In this document: positions 63,370 to 64,000 of the stretch, piece by piece
How the letters are laid out: each line of letters begins with the position of its first letter
Numbering within the stretch: position 1 is the first letter of the stretch
Assembly (NCBI GenBank): GCA_038087875.1
Contig: JAXLNO010000499.1
Span: 1-64,000 of the forward strand
DNA: 64,000 nucleotides
Source of the DNA: Malacoraja senta
Taxonomy: Eukaryota
Reading direction: 5' to 3'
The notes under the pieces: generated by a model
Told to the model about the DNA's origin: nothing
The model's database searches: none
The model's input: only the letters and a program-made list of their open reading frames with translations
Position numbers and translations under genes: made by a program

Positions 63370-63494
63370 TTGGTATACTCTCTGTACTGGTCCCCGCCAA
63401 CCCCGTCATTGCGAAGAGTAAAGCTTGGCTTGGTTTACCTTTAACCCTTTGTGTTGTTGTTGGTTTTATGAAGTGAACTTTATCAGGGTGGTCT

Positions 63495-64000
63495 CTAAAC
63501 TAAACTAAACTATTTAAAGCAAGACATAGTGACTATACAAGGGCACAGTCCGCAACAAAACTGTGGGTGACTACTCACCAACTATGAAGACACAGTCAGA
63601 GTTTATGAGAACAGGACCAATCACCTCCACTTTACTGGACTGACTCGCAGACAGAAGAACACGGCAGAGTGTTCTCCGGGTCTTGTCTATCAGCACATTG
63701 TGTTTCTATATCGGTATTGCTTGTGGTTTATCATCATCACATGCACTAAGGGCAGGTCGGGGGGAGTTCCCCCCACCATGGGTACCATGTAATCCCGTGC
63801 TACCCGCTCCATGGTCGGATAGTCGGCGACTAAACCGTCTCCCCCACCTGGTTTGCCAGGTGAGGAGGGGGCTATGGACCCCCAGCAGGACCAAAAACAA
63901 GACCTGTCAAAGGGCAGATGAGCTTCTAGCGAGCCAACAGCCACCCACACTTCAGTAGAAGTTGCAATCACTGTCGTACACCGCATTGTAAGGAATGATG
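63495..64000 (-). mobile_element. Probable non-LTR element 3' end flanking the ERV (family uncertain)
   Basis: (TAAAC)n microsatellite tail at 63495-63511. No diagnostic ORF was recognised. Confidence 0.3.

Larger units (their letters stand above)
60292..63485 (+). mobile_element. ERV 3' LTR (~0.6 kb native), interrupted by L1 and Tx1-like fragments
   Basis: TG...CA ends and homology to the 5' LTR pieces. TATA-like TATATAA at ~60725. AGTAAA polyA-like signal at ~63417. Confidence 0.9.

Overview
Eukaryotic genomic DNA, most likely from a cartilaginous fish (inferred from the repeat families, not proven). Almost all of it is transposable elements, and no intact host gene is visible. The backbone is a single decayed, internally deleted class I (gamma/epsilon-like) endogenous retrovirus on the + strand: 5' LTR ending at 20305, tRNA-Ser PBS at 20307-20324, pol and env remnants, and a 3' LTR at 60292-63485. 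Nested insertions have inflated it from about 4.5 kb to over 63 kb. The insertions are Helitron-type elements, Rex1/Babar, CR1, L1 and Tx1 LINEs, Harbinger-like and P-like MITEs, three DIRS tyrosine-recombinase elements, a hAT transposon with a 7-bp TSD, and a near-intact Penelope element with hammerhead-like motifs. The main highlights are a pseudogenised Zic4/Zic5-type last-exon and 3'UTR segment captured inside two nested TIR elements, a non-autonomous DIRS shell carrying about 2 kb of unexplained cargo, a Penelope-derived palindrome amplified inside a Helitron array, and independent insertions at the TATA box of both LTRs. Coordinates were read by eye and may be off by a few bases.
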